From Chroococcidiopsis sp. [FACHB-1243] (GTDB taxonomy: Bacteria > Cyanobacteriota > Cyanobacteriia > Cyanobacteriales > Chroococcidiopsidaceae): a stretch of 32,000 nucleotides of DNA. This document shows positions 6,836-15,217 of the stretch, piece by piece; position 1 is the stretch's first letter, and each line of letters starts with the position of its first letter. A model generated the notes under the pieces. That model made no database searches, had not been told where the DNA came from, and saw nothing but the letters and a program-made list of their open reading frames with translations. The position numbers and the translations under genes were made by a program. Location: contig NZ_JACJQX010000013.1 in the NCBI RefSeq assembly GCF_014696895.1, positions 31,199 to 63,198 on the forward strand. Direction: 5' to 3'.

Positions 6836-8434
6836 ATGACCCAAGCACCTGTTGCTCCCGTGGTGCTAGTGATATTAGACGGATGGGGTTATCGCGAGGC
6901 AGCAGACGGTAACGCGATTTCATCTGCAAAAACTCCTGTAATGGATAGCCTCTGGGCAGTTTATCCCAGAACTCTAATTCGCACTTCAGGCAAAGCAGTA
7001 GGGTTGCCAGAGGGTCAAATGGGCAACTCGGAAGTCGGACACCTGAATATTGGTGCAGGGCGAGTTGTACCGCAAGAATTAGTCAGAATTACAGACGCGG
7101 TCGAAGATGGTTCAATTGGGCAGAACGCAGCGATCGCCCGGTTGTGCCGAGAAGTCAAAGACAGAGGCGGTAAATTGCACCTAATCGGCTTATGCTCGGA
7201 AGGTGGGGTACACTCCCACTTAAGCCACTTGTTAGGATTGCTAGACTTAGCGAAGGCGCAAAAGCTCGCTCAAGTATGCATCCATGCAATTACAGATGGA
7301 CGCGATACAGCACCTACAGAAGGCTTGGAAGCTCTCGAACAGATTCAAGAACACGCAGATTCAATTGGTGTTGGTCAGATCGTCACTCTAAGCGGTCGTT
7401 ACTACGCAATGGATCGCGATCGCCGTTGGGATCGCGTTAAACGTGCTTACGATGTGATGACTCAAGACGGTGTAGGCGACGGGCGATCGGCAGTTGAGGT
7501 CTTACAAGCTTCCTACGATGAGGGAGTCACTGATGAATTTGTCATCCCTATACGGATCGCTCCAGGAGCAGTAGAACCAGGTGATGGCGTACTCTTTTAC
7601 AATTTTCGCCCCGATCGCGCCAGACAGCTCACTTATGCTTTTGTCAAGCCAGACTTTGACGGCTTTGAACGGCAGCAGATCGAGCCTTTATCATTTGTCA
7701 CGTTTACGCAATACGACTCTGAATTGTCGATCCCTATAGCTTTTGAGCCACAAAATCTGAACAATATTTTAGGCGAAGTCATCGCTCACCACGGACTGAA
7801 ACAATTTCGTACCGCAGAAACAGAAAAATACGCCCACGTTACCTACTTTTTTAATGGCGGCTTAGAAGACCCATTTGCAGGTGAAGATCGGGAAATGGTA
7901 ATGAGTCCGATGGTGGCGACCTACGACAAAGCGCCAGCCATGTCAGCTGAAGCGGTGACTGATGTAGCGATCGCCGCGATCGAGCAACAAGTTTACTCCC
8001 TGGTAGTCATTAACTATGCAAACCCTGATATGGTAGGTCATACAGGTGATATAGGTGCGACTGTAGAAGCAGTTGAAACTGTCGATCGCTGTTTGGGACA
8101 TTTATTGGAAAGTATCGGTCAAGTAGGAGGCACGGCATTAGTCACAGCCGATCACGGTAACGCTGAATCCCTCCGCGACGAACAGGGAAATCCTTGGACG
8201 GCACACACGACTAATCCAGTCCCCTTCATTTTAATTGAAGGTGAAAAAGCGAAGATCCCGGGTTACGGTACAGAGGTAGCGCTTAGGAGTGACGGCAAGC
8301 TTGCCGATCTCGCGCCGACGATTCTAGAAATCTTGCAGCTTCCCCAACCAGCCGAGATGACTGGTCAATCTTTAATTGCTCCAGCTAAGTATGAAGTACA
8401 ATCTTCCCGTACTCCTGTCAGAATGGGCTGGTAA
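6836..8434 (+). CDS. gpmI: 2,3-bisphosphoglycerate-independent phosphoglycerate mutase
   Basis: 532 aa. VVLVILDGWG..., NSEVGHLNIGAGR, ADHGNAE and the overall iPGM length and architecture. Confidence 0.95.
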   Translation: MTQAPVAPVVLVILDGWGYREAADGNAISSAKTPVMDSLWAVYPRTLIRTSGKAVGLPEGQMGNSEVGHLNIGAGRVVPQELVRITDAVEDGSIGQNAAIARLCREVKDRGGKLHLIGLCSEGGVHSHLSHLLGLLDLAKAQKLAQVCIHAITDGRDTAPTEGLEALEQIQEHADSIGVGQIVTLSGRYYAMDRDRRWDRVKRAYDVMTQDGVGDGRSAVEVLQASYDEGVTDEFVIPIRIAPGAVEPGDGVLFYNFRPDRARQLTYAFVKPDFDGFERQQIEPLSFVTFTQYDSELSIPIAFEPQNLNNILGEVIAHHGLKQFRTAETEKYAHVTYFFNGGLEDPFAGEDREMVMSPMVATYDKAPAMSAEAVTDVAIAAIEQQVYSLVVINYANPDMVGHTGDIGATVEAVETVDRCLGHLLESIGQVGGTALVTADHGNAESLRDEQGNPWTAHTTNPVPFILIEGEKAKIPGYGTEVALRSDGKLADLAPTILEILQLPQPAEMTGQSLIAPAKYEVQSSRTPVRMGW

Positions 8435-8494
8435 AGTTAAATAAGTAAGCAAGTAAGCTATACTTTTTTTGCGCTATCTGAGCTAATTCGCACT

Positions 8495-8728
8495 ATGACA
8501 GTTACTACAGTTCTTGAAGCTATCTGGGCATTTTCTGCCGTGGGTTTGATTGTTTTGGTATTACTGCACAGTCCCAAAGGTGATGGGATCGGTGCGATCG
8601 GCGGTCAGGCACAGTTATTTAGTAGTACCAAAAGTGCCGAAACAACGCTGAACCGCGTTACATGGGCATTGGTAGTAACGTTTTTAGGTTTAACAGTAGT
8701 TTTAAGTGCTGGTTGGTTGAATAGATAA
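8495..8728 (+). CDS. secG: preprotein translocase subunit SecG
   Basis: 77 aa with two hydrophobic helices around the motif LLHSPKGDGIGAIGG. The position after gpmI is common in cyanobacteria. Confidence 0.88.
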   Translation: MTVTTVLEAIWAFSAVGLIVLVLLHSPKGDGIGAIGGQAQLFSSTKSAETTLNRVTWALVVTFLGLTVVLSAGWLNR

Positions 8729-8767
8729 GTTGTAGAGGCGTTCCCGGGAACGCCTCTACAACTTATC
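8724..8767. terminator. perfect 44-nt palindrome acting as a probable bidirectional terminator between convergent secG and GT4
   Basis: gataagttgtagaggcgttcccgggaacgcctctacaacttatc is exactly self-complementary. It overlaps the last CDS bases of both convergent genes and fills the entire gap between them. Confidence 0.65.
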
Positions 8768-9939
8768 TATAGTCGAGCGCGAAACTTAGAACTGAAAATT
8801 TTTGAACTTTGCCGTTGTGACAATACGCTGTCATAAAGCTGCTCTAGCCGATCGATATTCTGACTCAGGGTATAGCGCTCTAATACTCGCTGTCGCGCTT
8901 TTTGCCCTAGTAAGATGGTAAGTTCTGGATGATCTTGAAACAAAGGTAGCAGAGTTGATAATTGTGACGTGACGCGCCTGGGAGTGAGAACTACACCAGC
9001 GCCATTCTCTAACACTTCCCCATCTGCACCTACATTTGTAGCTAAACATGCCAGACCACAAGCCATTGCCTCTAACAAAGAAATTGACAATCCTTCTACC
9101 AAAGACGGCAAAACAAACACATCGCTACCACGCAAAATCTCCAACCGTCGATTTTCATCGGCAATATATCCCAGCCAGTAAATGCCAAATTCTGCGCTGT
9201 AGAAAGGTCGTAAAGAAGCAGTAAGGGAACCATCACCTACCATGAGCAATTTACTACTAGGTTTCATATCCGCTTGCTTCCAGGCGCGAAGCATTGCTTC
9301 GATATTTTTTTCCGCAGCAATTCGACCTTGATAGACGAATAGTCGTTCGGCGTGGAATTCTTGCTTGATACGTGAAGTCCCAGGACTATATTTCTCTACG
9401 TCTACGCCGTTGGGGATCACTGCTACTTTGTCAGCAGTCAAACCCATTTTGGCAAACAACTCTCGCTGGACTTCCGAAAAGACAATAACGCGATCGTAGT
9501 TGATCAAAAATGGGGCATACAGTTGATATGCCAGCAATTGAGTTCCCGATACGAGTTTTGCTCCTTTACCAGCATAGGGAGTATGGAAAGTTGCCACAAG
9601 GGGCAAATTCAGCTCCTCGCAAATCTCTGGCAGGATGAAATCTAGGGGAGATAGCGTTAAAGATGCATGAACTAAATCAGGTTTTAACTCCCGTAGCGAC
9701 TGAGTTAAAACCTTTGTTGCCCCTAAAGTCGGGATTGTATAGACTTGAGACTTATAGAAGAAGGGTAGAGGGACTTCTGGGCAGTCGGGCCAATTATCCC
9801 GCTTAGCTTCTTCTTCTTCTTGAGCGAAGTGAAGAAAACTAACCTGATTTCCTCGGTCTAGCAAGGCATTAGTAACTTCTCGACTGTAAGTAACATTGCC
9901 ACAAAAGGGTGATTTTTTTCCAATCCAGGCAATATGCAT
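8767..9939 (-). CDS. glycosyltransferase family 4 (GT-B fold, GT1 superfamily)
   Basis: 390 aa. N-terminal MHIAWIGKKSPFCGNVTY..., and a C-terminal EGLSISLLEAMACGLACLATNVGADGEV donor-binding motif (E-x7-E type). Confidence 0.85.
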   Translation of the reverse strand: MHIAWIGKKSPFCGNVTYSREVTNALLDRGNQVSFLHFAQEEEEAKRDNWPDCPEVPLPFFYKSQVYTIPTLGATKVLTQSLRELKPDLVHASLTLSPLDFILPEICEELNLPLVATFHTPYAGKGAKLVSGTQLLAYQLYAPFLINYDRVIVFSEVQRELFAKMGLTADKVAVIPNGVDVEKYSPGTSRIKQEFHAERLFVYQGRIAAEKNIEAMLRAWKQADMKPSSKLLMVGDGSLTASLRPFYSAEFGIYWLGYIADENRRLEILRGSDVFVLPSLVEGLSISLLEAMACGLACLATNVGADGEVLENGAGVVLTPRRVTSQLSTLLPLFQDHPELTILLGQKARQRVLERYTLSQNIDRLEQLYDSVLSQRQSSKIFSSKFRARL

Positions 9940-9990
9940 TCGGTTGCGGCTCGATTTTCCGATCTAGTGAGAGACTTAGGGAGTCGGGAG

Positions 9991-10183
9991 TAGGGTGTGG
10001 GGTGTGGGGTGTGGGGTATAGGGTGTGGGGGAGCCAGTGCGGTGCGGGGGTTTCCCCCGTTGTAGCAACTGGCATTGTGGGGTGTGGGGTGTGGTGAGTC
10101 AATTCTCTCCCTCAGCTCCCTCAGCTCCCGATCGCTCCCTCAGCTCTCTTTCCCCTGCTCCCTGCTCCCTGCTCCCTGCTCCC
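9991..10183. repeat. STRR-type arrays: G-rich GGGGTGT heptamers (9991-10031, 10076-10096) and CTCAGCTCC / CTGCTCC units (10107-10183)
   Basis: Read directly. Six G-runs of at least 3 nt are separated by 3-4 nt loops between 9993 and 10031. GC hairpin cggggg-ttt-cccccg at 10045-10059. Confidence 0.85.
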
Positions 10184-10213
10184 TTAATTCCCCACAAAGC
10201 CTCTCGTTGATAA

Positions 10214-11890
10214 CTAACTAACAATCTGGGTCTCTGTACGGCAAATATACCAGGTTAAGAGACCTCCTGCGATCGCGATTACAGCTAAACTTAGAAAAAC
10301 TGCCTGTAAACCAATTAATGTCTCTGCTAAGCCAGCCAGTGCTAGCGGTAGAGATAAAGCAATATTAATGGCGTTATTTTGGAGACCAAAGACTTTACCA
10401 TGCATGTCAGGCGGAGTCTCTTTTTGAATTGTGGTCTGCATGGGGATCGCTACTAAGGCAGCACAAGCCCCTAGCAGCGCAATCAATGCTAAAGCAAACC
10501 ACAGTTGTTGGGAGAACATCGATAGCCCGACTAAGGAGGCTGCTACGCCCGCAGAACCCCACAAACTTAACTGAGCGTGGGCAAAGCGTTGACCGAATTG
10601 ACCGAGGAGAGTCGCACCAGAGGCAATTCCAACTCCGCCAGCCGCTAACAAAAAGCCAAATTGAGAAGACTTTAACCCTGGAATGACTTCTGCTAGCCGC
10701 ACGGCAAGCACGGTTAGAGCGGCAAAGATGGAAAATAGAATGATTAGCTGGAGGAGGGCATTGCGAACGCGACGATTGTGTTTGAGATAGCTGAGTCCAT
10801 CACGTAGATCTTGCAAAACGTGGGGCGGTTCTCGATCGCTGTCGGGTAGGCTCTCGCCAGTTTTGAGCAGAAATAAAATCAGTCCGGCGATCGCGTAACT
10901 CCCGCCAACAACGATCTCCTTACCCATACCCGTACCGATCCCAATGCGATCGGTAATTGTATCGGCGATCGCCAGTAATGGTTCTCCTACCGCAAATCCC
11001 ACAACCACCAAAGCCATCATTGTCGTGGTGTAAAGCGAGTTAGCTGATAGTAAGTGTCTTCGCTCCACGACTAAAGGAATTGCTGCTTGTTCAGCTGGAG
11101 CAAAGAACTGTGTCAGTGTCGAGATCGCAAACGATAATCCTAAAAGAATCGCAAAGCCTACGGGCAAATTAAAAATTGAATGCCAGTCTTGCGTGAACCA
11201 TAACAAAAATGGGACTGACAACACAAAAATGCCCCGTAGCAAGTTTGTCACTACAAGTACAATCTTTTTCGACCATCGATCGACAAATACCCCTGCAACT
11301 GAGCCAAATAAGACTGCGGGGATGGTAAAAGCCATCATAATCGCCGAAACCCACCCGCTGATACTTTGATCGCTGGCTTGAAAGCGACTAGAAATGATAG
11401 CGATCGTCATCACTAAATAAACTTTATCGGCAAGTTGAGAAAAGACTTGACCGCTCCATAAAGAGAGAAAATTGCGGTTGCGCAAAACGGGCAAAAATCC
11501 TTGTGGCTCTTCAGATGGTGGCTCATCTCCACGCACTTGAAAATTGCCGTTTGAGCCACCCGACTCCGTGGCGATCGCGCTATCTTGACTTGCTGGCGTT
11601 TTTGTCATTACGCCATTTCTGACAGTTTCATTTAACTGCTCTATTTTTGGCAGCTTGTCATCTGCCTCTCCCATAGAAAATTCGCTTTTTTCTTGAGTGT
11701 ATGTTTTTTCTGGAATATTTGTGCTTTCAGCTACAGAATTATGAGATATTTGCTTTTTACTAGATAGATATTTGGGCGTAGATGGCGTAGACCGCGAATT
11801 AGCAGCGTGACCTCCAACTTGACTTCTGAGGGAATTAGCCTGAGAAGAGGATGGCTTGGTATTTCTTGTATCTAAATCAAACGGTTGCAT
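10214..11890 (-). CDS. MFS transporter (MFS_3/EntS-like) with a low-complexity N-terminal extension of about 145 aa
   Basis: 558 aa. The transporter core starts at [21 protein letters not shown] (compare LRSRNYRLFFFGQGVS in the second MFS at 23594) and has about 12 hydrophobic segments. The ATG overlaps the recO stop by 14 nt. An internal start cannot be excluded. Confidence 0.8.
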   Translation of the reverse strand: MQPFDLDTRNTKPSSSQANSLRSQVGGHAANSRSTPSTPKYLSSKKQISHNSVAESTNIPEKTYTQEKSEFSMGEADDKLPKIEQLNETVRNGVMTKTPASQDSAIATESGGSNGNFQVRGDEPPSEEPQGFLPVLRNRNFLSLWSGQVFSQLADKVYLVMTIAIISSRFQASDQSISGWVSAIMMAFTIPAVLFGSVAGVFVDRWSKKIVLVVTNLLRGIFVLSVPFLLWFTQDWHSIFNLPVGFAILLGLSFAISTLTQFFAPAEQAAIPLVVERRHLLSANSLYTTTMMALVVVGFAVGEPLLAIADTITDRIGIGTGMGKEIVVGGSYAIAGLILFLLKTGESLPDSDREPPHVLQDLRDGLSYLKHNRRVRNALLQLIILFSIFAALTVLAVRLAEVIPGLKSSQFGFLLAAGGVGIASGATLLGQFGQRFAHAQLSLWGSAGVAASLVGLSMFSQQLWFALALIALLGACAALVAIPMQTTIQKETPPDMHGKVFGLQNNAINIALSLPLALAGLAETLIGLQAVFLSLAVIAIAGGLLTWYICRTETQIVS

Positions 11891-12833
11891 GATCTTCTGT
11901 TAAAGGACTCGGCAGGGAAGCGAAATAACTATCGATCAGGGCAGCTGACCGAATGGGGCGACCGAAGTGATACTGTACGTACTGACGCAAAATGCGTTCG
12001 ATTGATAGCCAGTTATGGCGATCCAGAACGGCGATCGCAGGTAGATTAGCCTGAGACAGCTGTTGTAATAGAGTTAGTTCTGCGGCATTTATCCGCCGAT
12101 CGAGTACGAGTTTCTCTTGCTTGTGGGCGATCGCCCGATAAGCCGTACCCATCGCCTCTGCCACTCTGCCCGTGGGTGGCAAAATATTAGTATTAGTAAC
12201 ATCAGGTTTTATGGATTTGTTGCGATCGCTGTTTTTCCCTGTAGCTGTTGCATTTTCCCAAGCAGACAAATTTACCGTTCCCCCTGCTGAGGTACTAAAT
12301 CCTACTTGCCAGTCGGGAGTAGAAAAATCTGGAATCAGGGAATTTGCCGTTAAAGAACAAGCTTGAACTTGGGGCGCAACTCCTGCCAAAGCCAACAGGT
12401 GAAACGCTGCATGGCATAAGTGAGCTAAAGTCGAAGATCCCGCAGATTTAGGCAATTGCTCCAGGCGTTTGAGATGCTCGTTGAGCAAGAAAAATAATTC
12501 AGTTTGGGGTTGTTCGCTCAAAGCTTGACACATCGCCATTTCTGCCAAATACTGGCTAGCTGCGAGCTTACCTAAGTCTTGACTCAGAGCAGGGTATGAC
12601 TCTATGGTCTCAGCTTGAGTAATCTTATCGAGCGATCGCCCCTGAGCAATCAATAATTCGTTGACGACAAACAACCCACTTCTACCACCAATCTTTGAAT
12701 TTTGCTTTCTCACCCCAGGCGCAACAGCTCGGATCAAACCAAACTCCTGAGTCAAAATCGTCAGCAACCGATCTGCCTCACCCAAAGGCATACTCTTTAA
12801 ATTAATTCCAGTGGCTTTGTAGGTACGACTCAT
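11877..12833 (-). CDS. recO: DNA repair protein RecO
   Basis: 318 aa. The N-terminal OB-fold region [39 protein letters not shown] is the RecO signature, and the gene has a cyanobacterial-type long insert. Confidence 0.88.
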   Translation of the reverse strand: MSRTYKATGINLKSMPLGEADRLLTILTQEFGLIRAVAPGVRKQNSKIGGRSGLFVVNELLIAQGRSLDKITQAETIESYPALSQDLGKLAASQYLAEMAMCQALSEQPQTELFFLLNEHLKRLEQLPKSAGSSTLAHLCHAAFHLLALAGVAPQVQACSLTANSLIPDFSTPDWQVGFSTSAGGTVNLSAWENATATGKNSDRNKSIKPDVTNTNILPPTGRVAEAMGTAYRAIAHKQEKLVLDRRINAAELTLLQQLSQANLPAIAVLDRHNWLSIERILRQYVQYHFGRPIRSAALIDSYFASLPSPLTEDHATV

Positions 12834-12862
12834 AACTAGGGGCTAGGGGCTGGGGAAGAAGA

Positions 12863-12952
12863 GAGCTGAGGGAGCGATCGGGAGCGATCGGGAGCTGAGG
12901 AAGAAAAACTATTTCTAACTCCTGACTCCTGACTTCTGACTCCTGGCTCCTG
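12863..12952. repeat. STRR-type arrays (GAGCTGAGG / GGAGCGATCG units; CTCCTGA heptamers)
   Basis: gagctgagggagcgatcgggagcgatcgggagctgagg is the reverse complement of the family at 10107-10140. It is followed by aactcctgactcctgacttctgactcctggctcctg. Confidence 0.8.
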
Positions 12953-12953
12953 T

Positions 12954-13649
12954 TCACTGATAACTGCCTTTTTCCAGGTTATCGCGCTGGCGGAGTAGAT
13001 CGACGCTGCGAGATGTACCCAATCGCGTCGCCCCTGCCAATATTAGCTCTATTGCCTGGTCTATAGTGCGAATTCCTCCCGATGCTTTAATACCGACTCG
13101 TTCCTTAGCAACTTCTTTAAGTAAACGCACGTCTGCCACTGTTGCACCCCCATTCCATCCCGTACTTGTTTTGAGAAACGCTGCCCCCGCATCCATACAT
13201 ATATCTGCGGCAAGTCGTTTTTCTGCCTCTGTCAGAAGGGTGGTTTCTAAAATAACTTTGACTGTTTGCCCCGTTTCTTCGCAAATTTCGGCTATTTCTC
13301 GGTGCAGTGCTTCTGTTTTCTCAGCTTTAAGCCAGCCCAAATTGATGACGACATCTAATTCAGTCGCCCCGCTATCGGCTGCTTCTTGCGCTTCGTATAA
13401 CTTCACGGCTGATGTCGTGGCTCCGGTAGGAAAGCCAATCACCGTGCAAACTTTTGGTTTTTTGCCGTAGAGCAATTCTGCTGCTTGCCGCACGTAGACG
13501 GGGTTGATACAAACTGCGGCAAATCCAAATCTGTCTGCTTCCATACACCACTGTTCCACTTGGGCGGGCGTTGCCGTCGGGATCAGCAAGGTATGGTCGA
13601 TTAATGGGGCAATGTCAATCTCGCGGTAGTCTGCTGCTGCCACCATCAC
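12954..13649 (-). CDS. deoC: deoxyribose-phosphate aldolase
   Basis: 231 aa. [24 protein letters not shown] (Schiff-base Lys) and IKASGGIRT are class I DERA motifs. Confidence 0.93.
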   Translation of the reverse strand: MMVAAADYREIDIAPLIDHTLLIPTATPAQVEQWCMEADRFGFAAVCINPVYVRQAAELLYGKKPKVCTVIGFPTGATTSAVKLYEAQEAADSGATELDVVINLGWLKAEKTEALHREIAEICEETGQTVKVILETTLLTEAEKRLAADICMDAGAAFLKTSTGWNGGATVADVRLLKEVAKERVGIKASGGIRTIDQAIELILAGATRLGTSRSVDLLRQRDNLEKGSYQ

Positions 13650-13810
13650 GTATGCTCTCAGTCACCTCTGTTTTAAGTTTTATCAGAATTCCGAGACATT
13701 ATTTAAAGTTTTTTTAATTTAAAGTTTTTGACTGGCACGATCGCCCATACTCTCGGCTAGCGCGAAACAAATAGCCTACCAATTCTAGTCAACAATACCG
13801 ACAACGACAC

Positions 13811-15115
13811 TCATTCTCTTCGCTTCTGTCTTAACCTTGGCGCGATCGCATTTGCCGCTACGCCATAAATTCGCGCTGCTTGAGTCATATTGAGTTGAAG
13901 TAGGCGATCGCTCCCCAGTTGTTGTGTTTCTTTTGGTTTAACTGGAACTACTCCTAAAACGCGGAGAATTTCTCTAGCAATTGCCTGCGCTAAAAGCGGT
14001 GGTACAGAATTTCCTACCTGGCGAAAACCGTGCCATTTCGTCTGATGAAATCGAAACCAGTCGGGATAGGAATGCAATCGGGCAGCTTCTCTAACGGTAA
14101 TACATCTAGGCTTATAAGGATGAATCGGACGGGGTGACGTAAAAGCACCTAAATTACTCGCCGTTCCAGCTCGCAAAGTATTGCAAATACCTTCAGGAGC
14201 AAGTTTATAAAAGTGGCTGATTGGCTCTACTTCCCCCCAATTGGTAGTAGCAAATCTAGCAATAGAATTATCACCGTGGCGAGTTCTCAAACTAGAAGTT
14301 AATAAGCGCGTCTCGAAGTAGCGATCGCCAGCGTAGTTATCATTGTTAGCAAAAATACCGCGCATTTTACTACTATAATGACTGGGTTTGCTGTATTCAA
14401 CAATTGCCCAATCTTGCTGAAGTAATTCTGGATACAATTCTACGACTGGAAGGTCGCACAGTGCATCCCAAATTGTAGGAGTTGATTTTAAATGAGGTAA
14501 ATTTAAAATATATTTTGATTTACGAGAGAGTGAGGGTTTCGTTATCGGTTGAGGATAGTCAGGTAAAGGTAAACCGTAACGACAGCCAAGCAGAAATAAC
14601 CTAGCTCGATCTTGAGGTACACCATAGTTTGCCGCGTTTAAAACTCGATAATCTGTTTTAACTTCGTATCCACCAGCGCCAAAAGCTGCAATTAATTCTG
14701 AGAGAAATTGCCGATGATTGCCAATAGTTAATCCTGGCACGTTTTCAAATACAAAATATTTTGGTTTTAGCTCTAGTACCAATCGCAAAAAGTGATGTAC
14801 CAACGCATTGCGCGGATCGTCCAAAGCGCGTTTGCCAATTAACGAAAATCCCTGACAGGGAGAACCGCCAAAGACGACATCAATATCGCGATCGCCTATT
14901 GCCGAACAACTTCTAACTTCCGTACTTGTAGTCTCGGTGACACTCTGACATAAAACCGAGCAAAGCGGAAAATTAAACTGATGGGTTGCACAATGGATCG
15001 GATCGATTTCCACAGCTGCCAGGATATCAAAACCTGCTTGTTCAAAACCAAGCGTCATCCCACCAACACCTGCAAATAAATCTACACCGATAGGTCGCCC
15101 GCTATCCATTTCCAT
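13811..15115 (-). CDS. DNA (cytosine-5)-methyltransferase, apparently orphan
   Basis: 434 aa. Motif I DLFAGVGGMTLGF, motif IV GGSPCQGFS, motif VI FENVPGL, motif VIII QDRARLF, motif X GNSVPPLL, with a variable (target recognition) region between VIII and IX. No endonuclease-like ORF is adjacent. Confidence 0.92.
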   Translation of the reverse strand: MEMDSGRPIGVDLFAGVGGMTLGFEQAGFDILAAVEIDPIHCATHQFNFPLCSVLCQSVTETTSTEVRSCSAIGDRDIDVVFGGSPCQGFSLIGKRALDDPRNALVHHFLRLVLELKPKYFVFENVPGLTIGNHRQFLSELIAAFGAGGYEVKTDYRVLNAANYGVPQDRARLFLLGCRYGLPLPDYPQPITKPSLSRKSKYILNLPHLKSTPTIWDALCDLPVVELYPELLQQDWAIVEYSKPSHYSSKMRGIFANNDNYAGDRYFETRLLTSSLRTRHGDNSIARFATTNWGEVEPISHFYKLAPEGICNTLRAGTASNLGAFTSPRPIHPYKPRCITVREAARLHSYPDWFRFHQTKWHGFRQVGNSVPPLLAQAIAREILRVLGVVPVKPKETQQLGSDRLLQLNMTQAARIYGVAANAIAPRLRQKRRE

Positions 15116-15116
15116 T

Positions 15117-15154
15117 GTTCAAACACACCACGTTCAAACACACCACAGTTTGAA
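15117..15154 (-). promoter_or_regulatory. tandem 15-nt direct repeat plus complementary heptamer in the methyltransferase leader
   Basis: gttcaaacacaccac occurs twice back to back (15117-15131, 15132-15146), starting 1 nt from the start codon. It is followed by gtttgaa (15148-15154), which can pair with ttcaaac of either copy. Confidence 0.4.
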
Positions 15155-15217
15155 GTCAATTATCGCCCGTGGCTTGTCTTTTTTTCCTATTCATCTTTAC
15201 CAATAATTGTTAACTGT

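Noticed and set aside
6537-6839. 100-aa + strand ORF bridging the ABC-F tail and gpmI
   Set aside because: It overlaps the Lys/Ala tail of the ABC-F gene out of frame and otherwise translates STRR repeats and spacer. It has no independent support.
9991-10183. CRISPR array
   Set aside because: The repeat period is 7-9 nt with no unique spacers. The same holds for all other arrays in the window. No cas genes are present.
9869-10210. Three overlapping ORFs (9869-10102 on the minus strand; 9909-10097 and 10025-10210 on the plus strand)
   Set aside because: They are translations of heptamer repeat arrays (for example GVGCGVWGVGYRVWG and PHTPHPTP), so they are repeat artefacts rather than genes.
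13066-13470. 134-aa + strand ORF inside deoC
   Set aside because: It is antisense to a deoC gene with all catalytic motifs. Its composition is low-complexity and Ser/Ala/Pro-rich, typical of antisense frames.
13650-15217. Restriction endonuclease partner for the m5C methyltransferase
   Set aside because: The flanks are only 161 nt and 102 nt of spacer before deoC and iscS. No additional ORF is available, so this is not a classical R-M pair in this window.
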